This document shows positions 1-10,286 of a stretch of DNA of 64,000 bases, one piece after another. Within the stretch, counting starts at the first letter, position 1; the number at the start of each line of letters is the position of its first letter. This DNA comes from an uncultured Haloferula sp. (lineage in GTDB: Bacteria > Verrucomicrobiota > Verrucomicrobiia > Verrucomicrobiales > Akkermansiaceae), in NCBI GenBank assembly GCA_965652295.1, contig CBFGTS010000008.1, positions 151,332 to 215,331 on the forward strand, given 5' to 3'. Position numbers and translations under genes: made by a program. The notes beneath the pieces were generated by a model. That model was not told the DNA's origin, made no database searches, and was given only the letters and a program-made list of their open reading frames with translations.

Positions 1-348
1 GTCGGCGGAGACGATCACGCCGGAGCCCATGCCGGTGACGCGTTCCTGCGGGCCATCGGACTCGTCGCCGTCCTCCTCCTCGCTTCGATCCTGACCGAAG
101 AAGCGCTCCAGCGGTCCGGCTTCCGCGTCCTTGCCGAGGATCATCGCGGGGAAAACCGAAACCACCGAGGGAGTCACCGTTTCCAGCAGGGGGGCGAACG
201 AACCCGCCCGGGGAACGGAGACCGGAGCGGCGGGGGAATCGTCGAGCTGACAGAGTGCCGCCGCCTGGTGGGCGAGCAGGCGCGGGCCGTCTTCGGCCGC
301 GGCGGCGAGGACGAGGGCGGGAAGGATCAGGAGGGTCGGATGGAGCAC
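1..348 (-). CDS. HtrA/DegP-family serine protease, N-terminal part (runs off the window)
   Basis: Manual translation: MLHPTLLILPALVLAAAA (signal peptide)...FAPLLETVTPSVVSV...ERFFG...GMGSGVIVSAD, a typical Do/DegP N-terminus. Not in the ORF track. Confidence 0.85.
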   Translation of the reverse strand, partial: MLHPTLLILPALVLAAAAEDGPRLLAHQAAALCQLDDSPAAPVSVPRAGSFAPLLETVTPSVVSVFPAMILGKDAEAGPLERFFGQDRSEEEDGDESDGPQERVTGMGSGVIVSAD

Positions 349-352
349 GGAT

Positions 353-3300
353 TCAGCGTTGGTTTTCCCAGACCTCACCGCCGAAGTCATCGGAGAGGTC
401 GCGGAAGTAATCTTCGATTTCACGGCGGCTCTCCTCGGGCAGCTTGCCGCGGGCGGAGGCGATGTTCGGGTCGGTCGGAAGGCGTTCGATCAATGCCCGC
501 AGGCGGCGGTCGGCGGCATCCACGAGGGGTATCGTACTTCGGTCGAAGGGGGCGGCACGCAGCGGGATGGCCAAGCGGCCGACGCCGTCCTCGCCACGGT
601 CCTCGAGCAACTCCAGCGTGTCGGCGAAACGGTGGAGGGTGGGACCGCCGGTGATGCCGGGCGCATCGCCGCCGCCTTGAGCTCCGGGCGATTCCGAGGA
701 CCCGCTGCTTTCGGCCTGGTTTTCCTGGGATGCCATTTCGCCCTCACCCTGCCCACCGGGTGTTTCGCCCTCGCCTCCCTTGCCGGGCTTGTTGCCTTCG
801 CCGCTGTCTTGGCTGGCCAGGGCTTCCTTCAAAGCGGCGGCCTGTTCACGGGCTTCGGTGAGTTCGGTCAGGCGACTGGCGTCGAGCTGGTCGGCCGCCT
901 CGCGGAAACGTCCGGCCAAGGCCCCGAGCCGGGCGGCGGCACCCTCGCGGGCCGCCTCGCCGGCTTCCCCCTGTTGCTGCTGTCCGGCCAGTGCCTCCAG
1001 CTCCTGGGCCAGCTCGGCGAGGCCCGCGCGCTCGGTGAGTGCTTCCAGAGTGGACTCGGTCGCGGAGGGCGGTCCGTCTGGATCGGCGCGGCCGGACTCC
1101 GCCTTCTTCGCGAGTTCCTCGAGAATCTCGGCGGCCAGTTCGGTTTCCCGGGCTGCTTCCGCGGCGGCCTGGCCGGCCGCTTCGGAGGCTCCGCCGGAGC
1201 TTCCGGGCGCGGGTTGCTGCGACTCGCTTGGTTGCTGCTCGCGGGCACCTTGTTCGGCACGGTCGGCCAGCTCGCGGAGCGTTTCCGAGAGCCGTTGGAG
1301 GTCGAGTGATTCGAGGAAAAGGGCGAGGTCGAGGAGGTTCCGTTCCGCCGCAGCGAGATCGGGTGCGGCGGCGGTCGGCGGCTCGGAGCGCAGGCCCTTG
1401 TCGGCACGGGCTGCGGCTTTCTCCGCCTCGTCGATCAGCCGTAGCGCGCCCTCGCTGCGCTCGGGATGATCGACCAGAATCGCGTAGAGTTCGCCGCTGT
1501 CCGCCAGTGCGACCTCCTGTTGCCGGCGGGTCGCCTGGATGTTGTTGCCTGCCATGTTCTCCGGCGTGATCTGGCTGGCGACGTTCTGTTCCTCGGCGGC
1601 GATCCGGCGGGCTTCCTTGGCCAGGTCCATCATCGAGGGCGGAGGCGGATCCTTCGGGGGGTGCGGGCTTTTTCCGCGGCCGACGATAGTGATGAGTTCC
1701 TTGCGCAGGCGGAGCAGGGTGGAGAGCGCGCGGTCGGCCGAGTCGAACCCCTTGGCCAGGTCGGGCCGGGCGAGGATTTCCGCGGCCTCTCCCATCTGGG
1801 TGCCGGCGGTTTCGAGAAGCATGACGTCGTCCAGCGGAATCCCGCCCTCGGCATTCCACTCGGCGGCCGTGTTGAGGGTTTCGTTGTAGAGTGCCGCCTC
1901 GCGCATCGACTGCTCGCCCACCTTCTCCAGTGCTTCGGGGGTGAGACGGTTGCGGTGGGACTCCTTGGTTCGGAAAACATCGGAGACGATGCCGCGCTGG
2001 CTGCCGATGATCTCGTCGAGCTTCATGATGGCATCGCTGACGGCCTCGGGGTCGGCTTCGTCTTCTTCCTCGTCGCCCCCACCGCCGACGGCGAAATACC
2101 AGCGCATCTGGAACTGGCGGATATCGACCGCCCGCAGCGGGCTCACCGACCGCGGGCCGCCGCGGGGCTTGTGGTCGAGCGCATAGGCATGGAAGCGGAC
2201 GTTGTCGGTGATCGCGAGCGGGACCTGATCGAGCATCAGGCGGGCGATTTCGTTGATCTCGCGCTGGTTCTTTGGATCGACCACTCGCTCGAGCAGCCAG
2301 CGGCGTTCGCCGCCGGCATCGAGGATGAGACCGATCTCCGAAACCCCGAAGTCGTCCGTGGCACGGATGCGGACCGGCATTTCCGCGGTGGCGATGAGTT
2401 CGAGGTCCTTGCCGGGCTCGATGATCTCGACCACCGGCAGCTTGTCCACGACGCCCTCGACCTCGAACCGCCAGGCGTCGAGCCGCTCGCCATCAGCGTG
2501 ATGAATCACCAGCTCCGCCCGGGTTGTTCCGGGCACGATCGCGGTGGAGGTGGAGAACACCGCGCCCTCCTGCGGGGACAGCTCGACCGGCGGGGCACCG
2601 CCGAGGCTCCAGGTGACGCGGGCGGGGAGCGCATCGAAGGCGAAATTCCAGGTCGCCGTGCTGCCCTCGACCGCGCGGACATCGCCGCCGGCCACGGTTT
2701 CGGAGGGCAGCCCGGTGTAGTCGGGGAAACGAAGCTCGGCCTCGGCCTTGACCAGCTTCGGGATGGGTCGGTAGGCGATCGTTTTCTCCTCCACCCGCGC
2801 ATCGCCGGCGAGGATCCGAAGGCGGATGTCGGCGGTCTTTCCGGTGAAAACGGCGTCCCAGGTGCGGCCATCCTCGCGGCGGGTCAGATCGAGCGGTTGC
2901 CAATCGCCATCGCCCACCGCGACCTGAAGCTCCGGCTGGGCGGCACGGCCGTGGACGGTGATCTCGACCCGCGGCGGGTGGGTCTCGTCGAAATGGCGCG
3001 GCAGCGAGTTCCACGCGATGGTCGTATAGGTGAGGTCGCGGTGAGGCTGGGCGAGCCGGTGCAGGGCATGGCGGAAATCGGCCTGGAACACCGCGGTCGC
3101 TGCTACGGCAAGGATCGTAGCAAGGGCGAACGCCTGCCGCGTGCGAAGCCGCCGTGTGGGCAGCAACGGTGCCATCGGCGTCAGGTGCAGCGTCTTGCCG
3201 GTCTCACGCATCAGGCGCTCCGCGAAGGCGGCTGACTCGGCGGATGGCGCTGGCGGCCGGGTTGATACATCGAGCGCGGTGCGGATTTTCTGGCCCAGAT

Positions 3301-3583
3301 CGGGATGGGCGGCCTCGACCACGAGGGCGGCCTCGTGGAGGTCGTGACGGCGGGTGCGGCGCAGCCAACGGAGGTAGAGGAAGGTGAATCCGGCGAGGGT
3401 GATCCCGACCAGCAGGAGACGCACCGGGGGCTGCCATTCCAGCCAGGTGTCGAGGCCGGCGACGGCCGCGACGGCCCCAGTGAGGATGGCCAGCGCCGTG
3501 GCCAGGGCGATCCGCCGCGCGTGACGGCGGCGGGCCTGGGCCAGGGTGGCGAGGGGTGCGAGGACGGGTGGTGGCGGCTTCAT
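353..3583 (-). CDS. Large membrane-anchored coiled-coil protein (DUF4175-like) of a MoxR/VWA-associated cluster
   Basis: N-terminal TM helices, Ig-like repeats with 'ATDDFGVSEIGL', Q/E/G-rich helical C-terminus ending 'IEDYFRDL'. ATG at 3583 overlaps the upstream stop. Confidence 0.7.
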   Translation of the reverse strand: MKPPPPVLAPLATLAQARRRHARRIALATALAILTGAVAAVAGLDTWLEWQPPVRLLLVGITLAGFTFLYLRWLRRTRRHDLHEAALVVEAAHPDLGQKIRTALDVSTRPPAPSAESAAFAERLMRETGKTLHLTPMAPLLPTRRLRTRQAFALATILAVAATAVFQADFRHALHRLAQPHRDLTYTTIAWNSLPRHFDETHPPRVEITVHGRAAQPELQVAVGDGDWQPLDLTRREDGRTWDAVFTGKTADIRLRILAGDARVEEKTIAYRPIPKLVKAEAELRFPDYTGLPSETVAGGDVRAVEGSTATWNFAFDALPARVTWSLGGAPPVELSPQEGAVFSTSTAIVPGTTRAELVIHHADGERLDAWRFEVEGVVDKLPVVEIIEPGKDLELIATAEMPVRIRATDDFGVSEIGLILDAGGERRWLLERVVDPKNQREINEIARLMLDQVPLAITDNVRFHAYALDHKPRGGPRSVSPLRAVDIRQFQMRWYFAVGGGGDEEEDEADPEAVSDAIMKLDEIIGSQRGIVSDVFRTKESHRNRLTPEALEKVGEQSMREAALYNETLNTAAEWNAEGGIPLDDVMLLETAGTQMGEAAEILARPDLAKGFDSADRALSTLLRLRKELITIVGRGKSPHPPKDPPPPSMMDLAKEARRIAAEEQNVASQITPENMAGNNIQATRRQQEVALADSGELYAILVDHPERSEGALRLIDEAEKAAARADKGLRSEPPTAAAPDLAAAERNLLDLALFLESLDLQRLSETLRELADRAEQGAREQQPSESQQPAPGSSGGASEAAGQAAAEAARETELAAEILEELAKKAESGRADPDGPPSATESTLEALTERAGLAELAQELEALAGQQQQGEAGEAAREGAAARLGALAGRFREAADQLDASRLTELTEAREQAAALKEALASQDSGEGNKPGKGGEGETPGGQGEGEMASQENQAESSGSSESPGAQGGGDAPGITGGPTLHRFADTLELLEDRGEDGVGRLAIPLRAAPFDRSTIPLVDAADRRLRALIERLPTDPNIASARGKLPEESRREIEDYFRDLSDDFGGEVWENQR

Positions 3584-5517
3584 GCGCCGGGGCTGGGTTG
3601 AAGGGGTGGAGGACGGCGGGTGGCGACGATACCTTCGGCCACGAGCAGGAGGAAACAGAAGAGGACCAGCCAAGGCCACCACTCGCCGGTCTTCGTCCCG
3701 GCGGCTTGGTCGGGCTCCGTTTGGACGGAAGGCGCAGGTGCGGTGGCATCGGGCAGCCCGTAGGCTTTGCGGAAGGTGGCGGCATCGACGGCGGCGACCG
3801 AGGCCTCGCCGGGGTCCGCCGCGACCACTTCGGCCGCGCCGTCGGGCAGGGAGTAGCTGCCGATTTCCCGGTTCTCACGGAGGCCCGGATGGCGAACGAC
3901 CGCGCTGTGTTGCTGCGGTTGATAGCGGGTGAGGTGAGCGAAGAGGCTTTTCACCAAAGGCACGAACAACGGCTCGCGGGGAAGATCGGTCCACTCGCGG
4001 GTCAGGCCGTGCGCGAGCACGATGACCGGCCCGGCGGCGGGGTCGGTGGCGACTTTTTCCAGCAGCACCGGATGCCCGCCTTCAAGCGTGGCGAGCGGTT
4101 TCCAGCCCTCGCCATGATGGATCAGGAACGCATCGCGCCAGGTCAGCAGTCGCAGGTCACCGCCATCAGGCTCATGGAAAGGCGATAGGGCGGGGTGCTC
4201 CCGGTCCCACGAGGCGAGGTGGCGCTCCAGCATGCCGCCCCGGAGATCGACGGAGGACGGGAAAAGCCCGAGATCGGCGAGCAGGGCGGTGGCTTCCGGC
4301 GTCCAGCGGGCGTCGATGGCGATGAAAAGCCCGGCTCCGGCGGCGACGCGGGCGGCGATCTCGCGGGCATCGCTGAAGGAAATCTGCGTGGGACCGCAGA
4401 GGGCGATGGCGGAAAACGCGTCGAGATCGATCGCCCCGAGCGGCGCGGCACTGGTGTCGTCCCCGGTGGGCTCCCGTCCGGCGATACCGTAGCGGATCTC
4501 CGGGCGGAAGGGCGAGAGTCCGTGGGCGGCTCCGGACGCGGCGAGGGCCTTGTCGAGGAAGTAGCCTTGGCCCTCGAACGGGGTGCTGCCCGGCGAGCCG
4601 TCGAGGATGAGCACCGGTTCCGGTTCCATCCAGCGTATGGCGAAGGGCCGTTGGTCGTCGGCAGGCCAAGCGTCGTTTCCTGCCAAGGACACCGTGCCGC
4701 GGACGACCTCGCGTGGCGGACGGAAGGAAAACAGCGCCCGCGCCAGACCCGCAGGGACGGCTTGCTTCAGGTTGAGTCCTTCGGCCGAAAGGGTGATCTC
4801 GCGTGGATGATCGGCGGGCGTGACGCGGGCCTCGATCTGCATTTCCTCGGTGACGAAGGGCGTGATCAGCTCGGCGGACAGGACGGCGTCATTGTTGTCG
4901 GAGGGCGCCTCGATGGCGATCGCCTCCACCGGCACCCGCGGCGGCCAGACGCGCGGTGGCGAGCTGGGAAGGGCGGCGGTCGCGAAGTGTCCGGCGATGA
5001 TCACGCGACCGGATTCCAGGCCTTCGTTTCTCAAGTGCTCGAGTGCCCAGTCGAGCGCTTGTCCGACATCACCCGCCGCCCCGGGAATGGAGCGGTAGTC
5101 TTCGAGGCGATCGAGCACTTCGACGCCATCGGTGAAACGGGCGAAGGTTACGGTTTCGTCGGGATCGAGCGCCTTGCGGGCTGCTTTGGCCGCTTCTTCC
5201 GCCATCTCGCGGGTCATGCTGCCGGAGGCGTCGAGAAGGACGATGGTTTTCCCTCCGGCGGAGTTCGTTTCGGTCGCGCTCGGGAAGAACGGCCGGGCGA
5301 AGATCAGCGCGAGAAGCGCGACCGCGGTGACTCGCAGCAGCAGGAGCAGGCGTTCCTCGATGCGCAGCCGACGGGTACGTTTCTTTTCCGCGAGGTGGAG
5401 AAAGCGCAGCGTGCCGATGGCGAACTCCTTGAATTTCCGTCGCTGGCTCAGGTGGATGACCACCGGAATCACGGCGGTGGCCAGGGCGAAAAGAAAGGCG
5501 GGGTGGAGCAAGGACAT
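3580..5517 (-). CDS. BatA-domain / VWA-like membrane protein
   Basis: 'LLHPAFLFAL...IPVVIHL...LLLLLR...ARP' BatA N-terminus, 'LLDASGSM' MIDAS-like motif, C-terminal TM helix. Confidence 0.8.
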   Translation of the reverse strand: MSLLHPAFLFALATAVIPVVIHLSQRRKFKEFAIGTLRFLHLAEKKRTRRLRIEERLLLLLRVTAVALLALIFARPFFPSATETNSAGGKTIVLLDASGSMTREMAEEAAKAARKALDPDETVTFARFTDGVEVLDRLEDYRSIPGAAGDVGQALDWALEHLRNEGLESGRVIIAGHFATAALPSSPPRVWPPRVPVEAIAIEAPSDNNDAVLSAELITPFVTEEMQIEARVTPADHPREITLSAEGLNLKQAVPAGLARALFSFRPPREVVRGTVSLAGNDAWPADDQRPFAIRWMEPEPVLILDGSPGSTPFEGQGYFLDKALAASGAAHGLSPFRPEIRYGIAGREPTGDDTSAAPLGAIDLDAFSAIALCGPTQISFSDAREIAARVAAGAGLFIAIDARWTPEATALLADLGLFPSSVDLRGGMLERHLASWDREHPALSPFHEPDGGDLRLLTWRDAFLIHHGEGWKPLATLEGGHPVLLEKVATDPAAGPVIVLAHGLTREWTDLPREPLFVPLVKSLFAHLTRYQPQQHSAVVRHPGLRENREIGSYSLPDGAAEVVAADPGEASVAAVDAATFRKAYGLPDATAPAPSVQTEPDQAAGTKTGEWWPWLVLFCFLLLVAEGIVATRRPPPLQPSPGA

Positions 5518-5602
5518 CGGCAGCTTGCATGAGCTATCAACATTGCCGGGCGAGGCAAAGGAAGAGTTGCCACCCCCGGCCATCTTGTTAGCGTGCGCCA
5601 GC

Positions 5603-6454
5603 ATGCCGGAAAGCCACGCCCTTGCGCAGCGATCGCGCCGTCACCGCCTCATGCGGTGCGGAGTGGCAGCTGCGCTGGTGCTGGCTCCGATGGCCCTCGC
5701 CGCGCCGAAAATCTGGATGTTCACCGGCGATCCGGGCGATCAGGAACACCATCAGCGCTTCGAGAAGCAACTGACCGAGTGGCGGCGGATATTTCAACGG
5801 ACTTATGGGGTGTCTGCGGCGGACATGAAGGTGTTCTACGGCCCGCTCGACGCCGGATATCATGGAGTTTGCACCAAGGAAACGCTGCTGGCGGAGTTGA
5901 AGGAAGCGGCCGCTGCGACGCGGGATGGGCATGAGGTATGGCTGATCTTCCAAGGTCATGGGAACACGATCCCAGGTGGCGCGCTTTTCAATCTGCCCGG
6001 TCCCGATGCCTCAGCGCGCGAGATTTCCGAAGCGTTGGAGACGGCCTCGCCGGACACGCCGATGGTGGTCTTTGTCACCATGGCGGGGAGTGAAAACTAC
6101 CTGCGGCCCCTGGCGGTGCCGGGGCGGGTGGTGGTGACGGCGAACTCCAAGGGCGACCCGGAGAACGAGAACGACTTTCCACTGGCCTTCACCGCGGCGC
6201 TCGAGGAGCGGGAAAGTGATCTGGATGGTGATGGCATACTCTCCGTCACCGAGCTGTTCCGCGCCTGCCATGCCCGCATCGAGGCCATGGCCACCAGCAA
6301 AGGTTACATGATCCGCGAGCATGCCCAGATGGATGGCAATGGCGACGGCCGGGGCAGCCGCCGGCCGGCACTGGCCGATGCCGAACCTGCGTCACGGATC
6401 GGTCTGCGCATCGGCGGCGGTGCCGCCGACGGTGCTCCACCGGACTTCGATTGA
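5603..6454 (+). CDS. Secreted hypothetical protein, caspase/hemoglobinase-like fold with EF-hand-like DxDGDG motifs
   Basis: 'LIFQGHG', 'DLDGDGILSVTELF', 'MDGNGDG'. The start could instead be the ATG at 5651. Confidence 0.5.
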   Translation: MPESHALAQRSRRHRLMRCGVAAALVLAPMALAAPKIWMFTGDPGDQEHHQRFEKQLTEWRRIFQRTYGVSAADMKVFYGPLDAGYHGVCTKETLLAELKEAAAATRDGHEVWLIFQGHGNTIPGGALFNLPGPDASAREISEALETASPDTPMVVFVTMAGSENYLRPLAVPGRVVVTANSKGDPENENDFPLAFTAALEERESDLDGDGILSVTELFRACHARIEAMATSKGYMIREHAQMDGNGDGRGSRRPALADAEPASRIGLRIGGGAADGAPPDFD

Positions 6455-6481
6455 TCTCCTTTTTTCCTGCAAACAGACCCC

Positions 6482-7459
<978 letters not shown>

Positions 7460-7463
7460 TTTC

Positions 7464-8342
7464 ATGACCGCGACTTCCGTCATGGATCCCGAGGTATTCC
7501 TCGCGGTGGACGATCTTGAACTCGTCGGCCGTGGCTTGGCGGAATCGGTCTGGCACGGCCGTCATGGATCACGACGGAGTGGCTCGGGGACCGAGTTTCA
7601 CCGTCACCGCGGCTATCTGGCGGGTGACGATCTGCGGCGGGTGAACTGGGCGCTCTATGCCCGGCACCGGCGGCTCTACACGAAGGAAAGCCGGCTCGAA
7701 TCGCGGCGGCCGCTGCATGTGATGGTCGATGCGACCGGCTCCATGGCCACGGCGCACGGGCGGTGGACGAAGCTTCATTACGCCGTGCGGATCGCGGCGG
7801 GGTTGAGTTGGTTGGCGGAGGGCCAGGGCGATCCGGTTGCCCTGGCGTTGGTCCGGGAGGGCCTGGAGGGCGTGGTCGAGCCCGGCAGCGGGCAGCGTCA
7901 CTTCGCCGGCATCTGCGCCGCCCTGGCATCCGCGGAGCCCGAAGGTACGGGTGATCTAACGGTGGTCGCGGAACAGATCCCGGTCTTTTGCAAGCAGCCG
8001 GGATTCGTGGTGGTGCTGTCGGATTTTTTCGAAAACGAAAACCGCTGGCTGGCGGAACTCGCGGGACTGAAGGCGCGGGGTCACGATGTGATGGCGCTGC
8101 AGATCCTCGACCCGGCGGAGGTCGAGCTGCCGGAGAAGGGCGACTTCGAATTCCTCGACCTTGAATCCGGCTCGCGGCTCAAGACGAGCGCCGAGGCGCT
8201 GCGGACCGAGCACAGGGAGGTGGTCGCCGGTTGGCGCGCGGGCTTGAGGTCCGAGGCCCACGCCCGCGGCATCCGCTGGACGGGCGCGACGACGGACGAG
8301 CCGATGGTGCCGCTGCTGCGCGAGTGGCTGGACCGCCGATGA
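7464..8342 (+). CDS. DUF58 domain protein
   Basis: 'EFHRHRGYLAGDDLRRVNW', DATGSM, VVLSDF; follows moxR. Confidence 0.9.
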   Translation: MTATSVMDPEVFLAVDDLELVGRGLAESVWHGRHGSRRSGSGTEFHRHRGYLAGDDLRRVNWALYARHRRLYTKESRLESRRPLHVMVDATGSMATAHGRWTKLHYAVRIAAGLSWLAEGQGDPVALALVREGLEGVVEPGSGQRHFAGICAALASAEPEGTGDLTVVAEQIPVFCKQPGFVVVLSDFFENENRWLAELAGLKARGHDVMALQILDPAEVELPEKGDFEFLDLESGSRLKTSAEALRTEHREVVAGWRAGLRSEAHARGIRWTGATTDEPMVPLLREWLDRR

Positions 8343-8360
8343 AGGAACCGGCGCTGCTTG

Positions 8361-8927
8361 TCAGAACCTCCAACCGAGGCCGACGGTGACGCCGAGGGCG
8401 TCGATGCCGGGGTTCGGGGAGGTCTGGCCGCCGTTGGAGTGATGGACAAAGTACGCGCCGCCTAGTAGCGAGACGTTTTCACACAACTCACGGCGCAGGC
8501 CGAGGTTGGCGAACCAGTTCAGGGTGAAATCCTGGCCCTGGCCGCCGGGAACGCGGGTGGAGTCGGTGAGGCCGATGCCGCCGCCGATGGAGAAGAACGC
8601 GGACGTCGCCTCGTCGGCGAACCAATACTCGATCGAGGGCGCGCCGGAGACGCCGAGGTAGGCGGTTTCCGGACCCACGGTGAAAAGCTCCATCATCAGC
8701 GAGTAGCGACCGCGGACGACAAGGCGGGCACCGTTTTCCCCCTCCCACCAGTGGAGCTGGGCGGGGGTGCGGAAGGTGAACTGGGTGGGAACGATTTCGT
8801 AGTCGATCGGCGTGTTCGAGCCGACGTTCCAGAGGTAGCCGGACTCGAGGGTGAACTCCCACGACTCGGAGGGGTGGTCGGCGAGGGCGGTGGCGGAGCC
8901 GGCAAGGAGCAGCAGGAGCGGTTTCAT
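8361..8927 (-). CDS. Acyloxyacyl hydrolase / PagL-like outer-membrane beta-barrel
   Basis: Signal peptide, 'GQDFTLN', 'HHSNGG...NPGIDALG', terminal Phe. Confidence 0.75.
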   Translation of the reverse strand: MKPLLLLLAGSATALADHPSESWEFTLESGYLWNVGSNTPIDYEIVPTQFTFRTPAQLHWWEGENGARLVVRGRYSLMMELFTVGPETAYLGVSGAPSIEYWFADEATSAFFSIGGGIGLTDSTRVPGGQGQDFTLNWFANLGLRRELCENVSLLGGAYFVHHSNGGQTSPNPGIDALGVTVGLGWRF

Positions 8928-8961
8928 GGGGAAATCGGTAATCTGAAATCAAAAAATCCTT

Positions 8962-9477
8962 TCATGGCGTGTCGTCTTCGTCTCCGGGAACAGGGGGGAT
9001 GAGGTCTTCTCGCAGCAGCAGGCGCTCGATGTCGAGATCGTCGAGGAGGTCGGCAGGGGTGCGGACGATGGTGACGGCGTAGGGCGTGAGGCGGTCGAGT
9101 TCGGCCACGGCGCAGTGGACCATCGAGGTGATGATGTCGCCGTCGTACTTCTCGCGATCGAAGAGGTTGGTGATGCGGAAGACGAGGCGACTGCGGTCGA
9201 GATCGAACTCGAAGCCGCCGAGGTTGAGGTTTTTGTTGGCGCGGGCGAGGAGTTCGAGTACGGCGTGTTGGTGGTCCTCGTCGACCGGCAGGGCGGTTTC
9301 GCCGATGATCGCGAGCGCGTTCATGGGCGGGTAGGCCTGGGCGATGAGCTCGATGCGGGTGTGGTGGCCGGAAAAGACGGCCCGCAGGACGTCTTTTCCT
9401 TCCACGGGTTCGCAGTGCCAGCTGTTGCGCCCGAAGGCTTCTTCGACGGAGAGAATCTGGAGCGAGGGTGGTCGCAT
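8962..9477 (-). CDS. YbjN-domain protein
   Basis: 'ELLARANKNLNLGGFEFD' resembles the YbjN/T3SS-chaperone-like family. Start placed at MRPPSL. Confidence 0.6.
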   Translation of the reverse strand: MRPPSLQILSVEEAFGRNSWHCEPVEGKDVLRAVFSGHHTRIELIAQAYPPMNALAIIGETALPVDEDHQHAVLELLARANKNLNLGGFEFDLDRSRLVFRITNLFDREKYDGDIITSMVHCAVAELDRLTPYAVTIVRTPADLLDDLDIERLLLREDLIPPVPGDEDDTP

Positions 9478-9637
9478 GGCCGGAGCTTGGGTGAGGGCGG
9501 CGGTGAGGGAAATGCCGAAATGGGAATGAAACTCGGACGGCCTGAATGCTTGCGGTGCCATGGAAGCACGGGTAGCTTGCGCCTATCCGATCCGTCGCCC
9601 GGAGTGGCGCGGCGGGATGAATTCCCAAAAACCTGTG

Positions 9638-10228
9638 ATGAAGAACAACCTGAAATACCCGGCCCGGCGTCGTGGCTTCACCCTGATTGAATTGCTCGTC
9701 GTGATCACCATCGTGGCGGTGCTGGCGGCGATGAGCTTTGCGGGGGTGAGCGTGGCGATCAAAAGACAGCGCACCGTCGAAGCGCAGACGATCGCCACCG
9801 GTCTGGAGACGGCGATCAACTCCTTTTACAGCGACTACAACCGCCTGCCGGATTTCACTCAGGATGAGATCAAAACCAACACCGCGCAGGGTGAGGACCT
9901 TCTCCGGATCCTGCTCGCGGAAGAAGCCGGTCAGCGGGACCTCGATAACAGCCGCAAGGTGCGTTATCTGGAAGTGAAGGAAGGCAAAAGCAATCGCGGC
10001 GGCTTGATCCGCAGCAAGAGCGGCCAGCAATCGCCCGAGGCCCTCTACGACCCGTTCGGCAATCCCTTCACCGTGGTGCTGAATCTGGATTACGAAGACG
10101 AACTTCGCTTCTCCATGGGCGGCAAGCAGTTCCGCCTGCGTGGCAAGAACGTGGCGATCTACTCGCCCGGCGCTGACGGCGAAGAGGGTACCTCGGACGA
10201 CGTGACCACTTTCAACAAGCAGCCCTGA
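9638..10228 (+). CDS. Prepilin-type N-methylation protein (pseudopilin GspG-like)
   Basis: 'RRGFTLIELLVVITIVAVLA', C-terminal 'DPFGNPF...YSPGADG...DDV'. Confidence 0.9.
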   Translation: MKNNLKYPARRRGFTLIELLVVITIVAVLAAMSFAGVSVAIKRQRTVEAQTIATGLETAINSFYSDYNRLPDFTQDEIKTNTAQGEDLLRILLAEEAGQRDLDNSRKVRYLEVKEGKSNRGGLIRSKSGQQSPEALYDPFGNPFTVVLNLDYEDELRFSMGGKQFRLRGKNVAIYSPGADGEEGTSDDVTTFNKQP

Positions 10229-10253
10229 ACGAAGGCTGCCTGAAGCATTTCCG

Positions 10254-10286
10254 ATCCCCGCAGGTTTGCGACCTGCGGGGATTTTT
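10254..10286 (+). terminator. Intrinsic terminator between convergent genes
   Basis: ATCCCCGCAGGT-ttgcg-ACCTGCGGGGAT 12-bp stem followed by a T run. Confidence 0.75.
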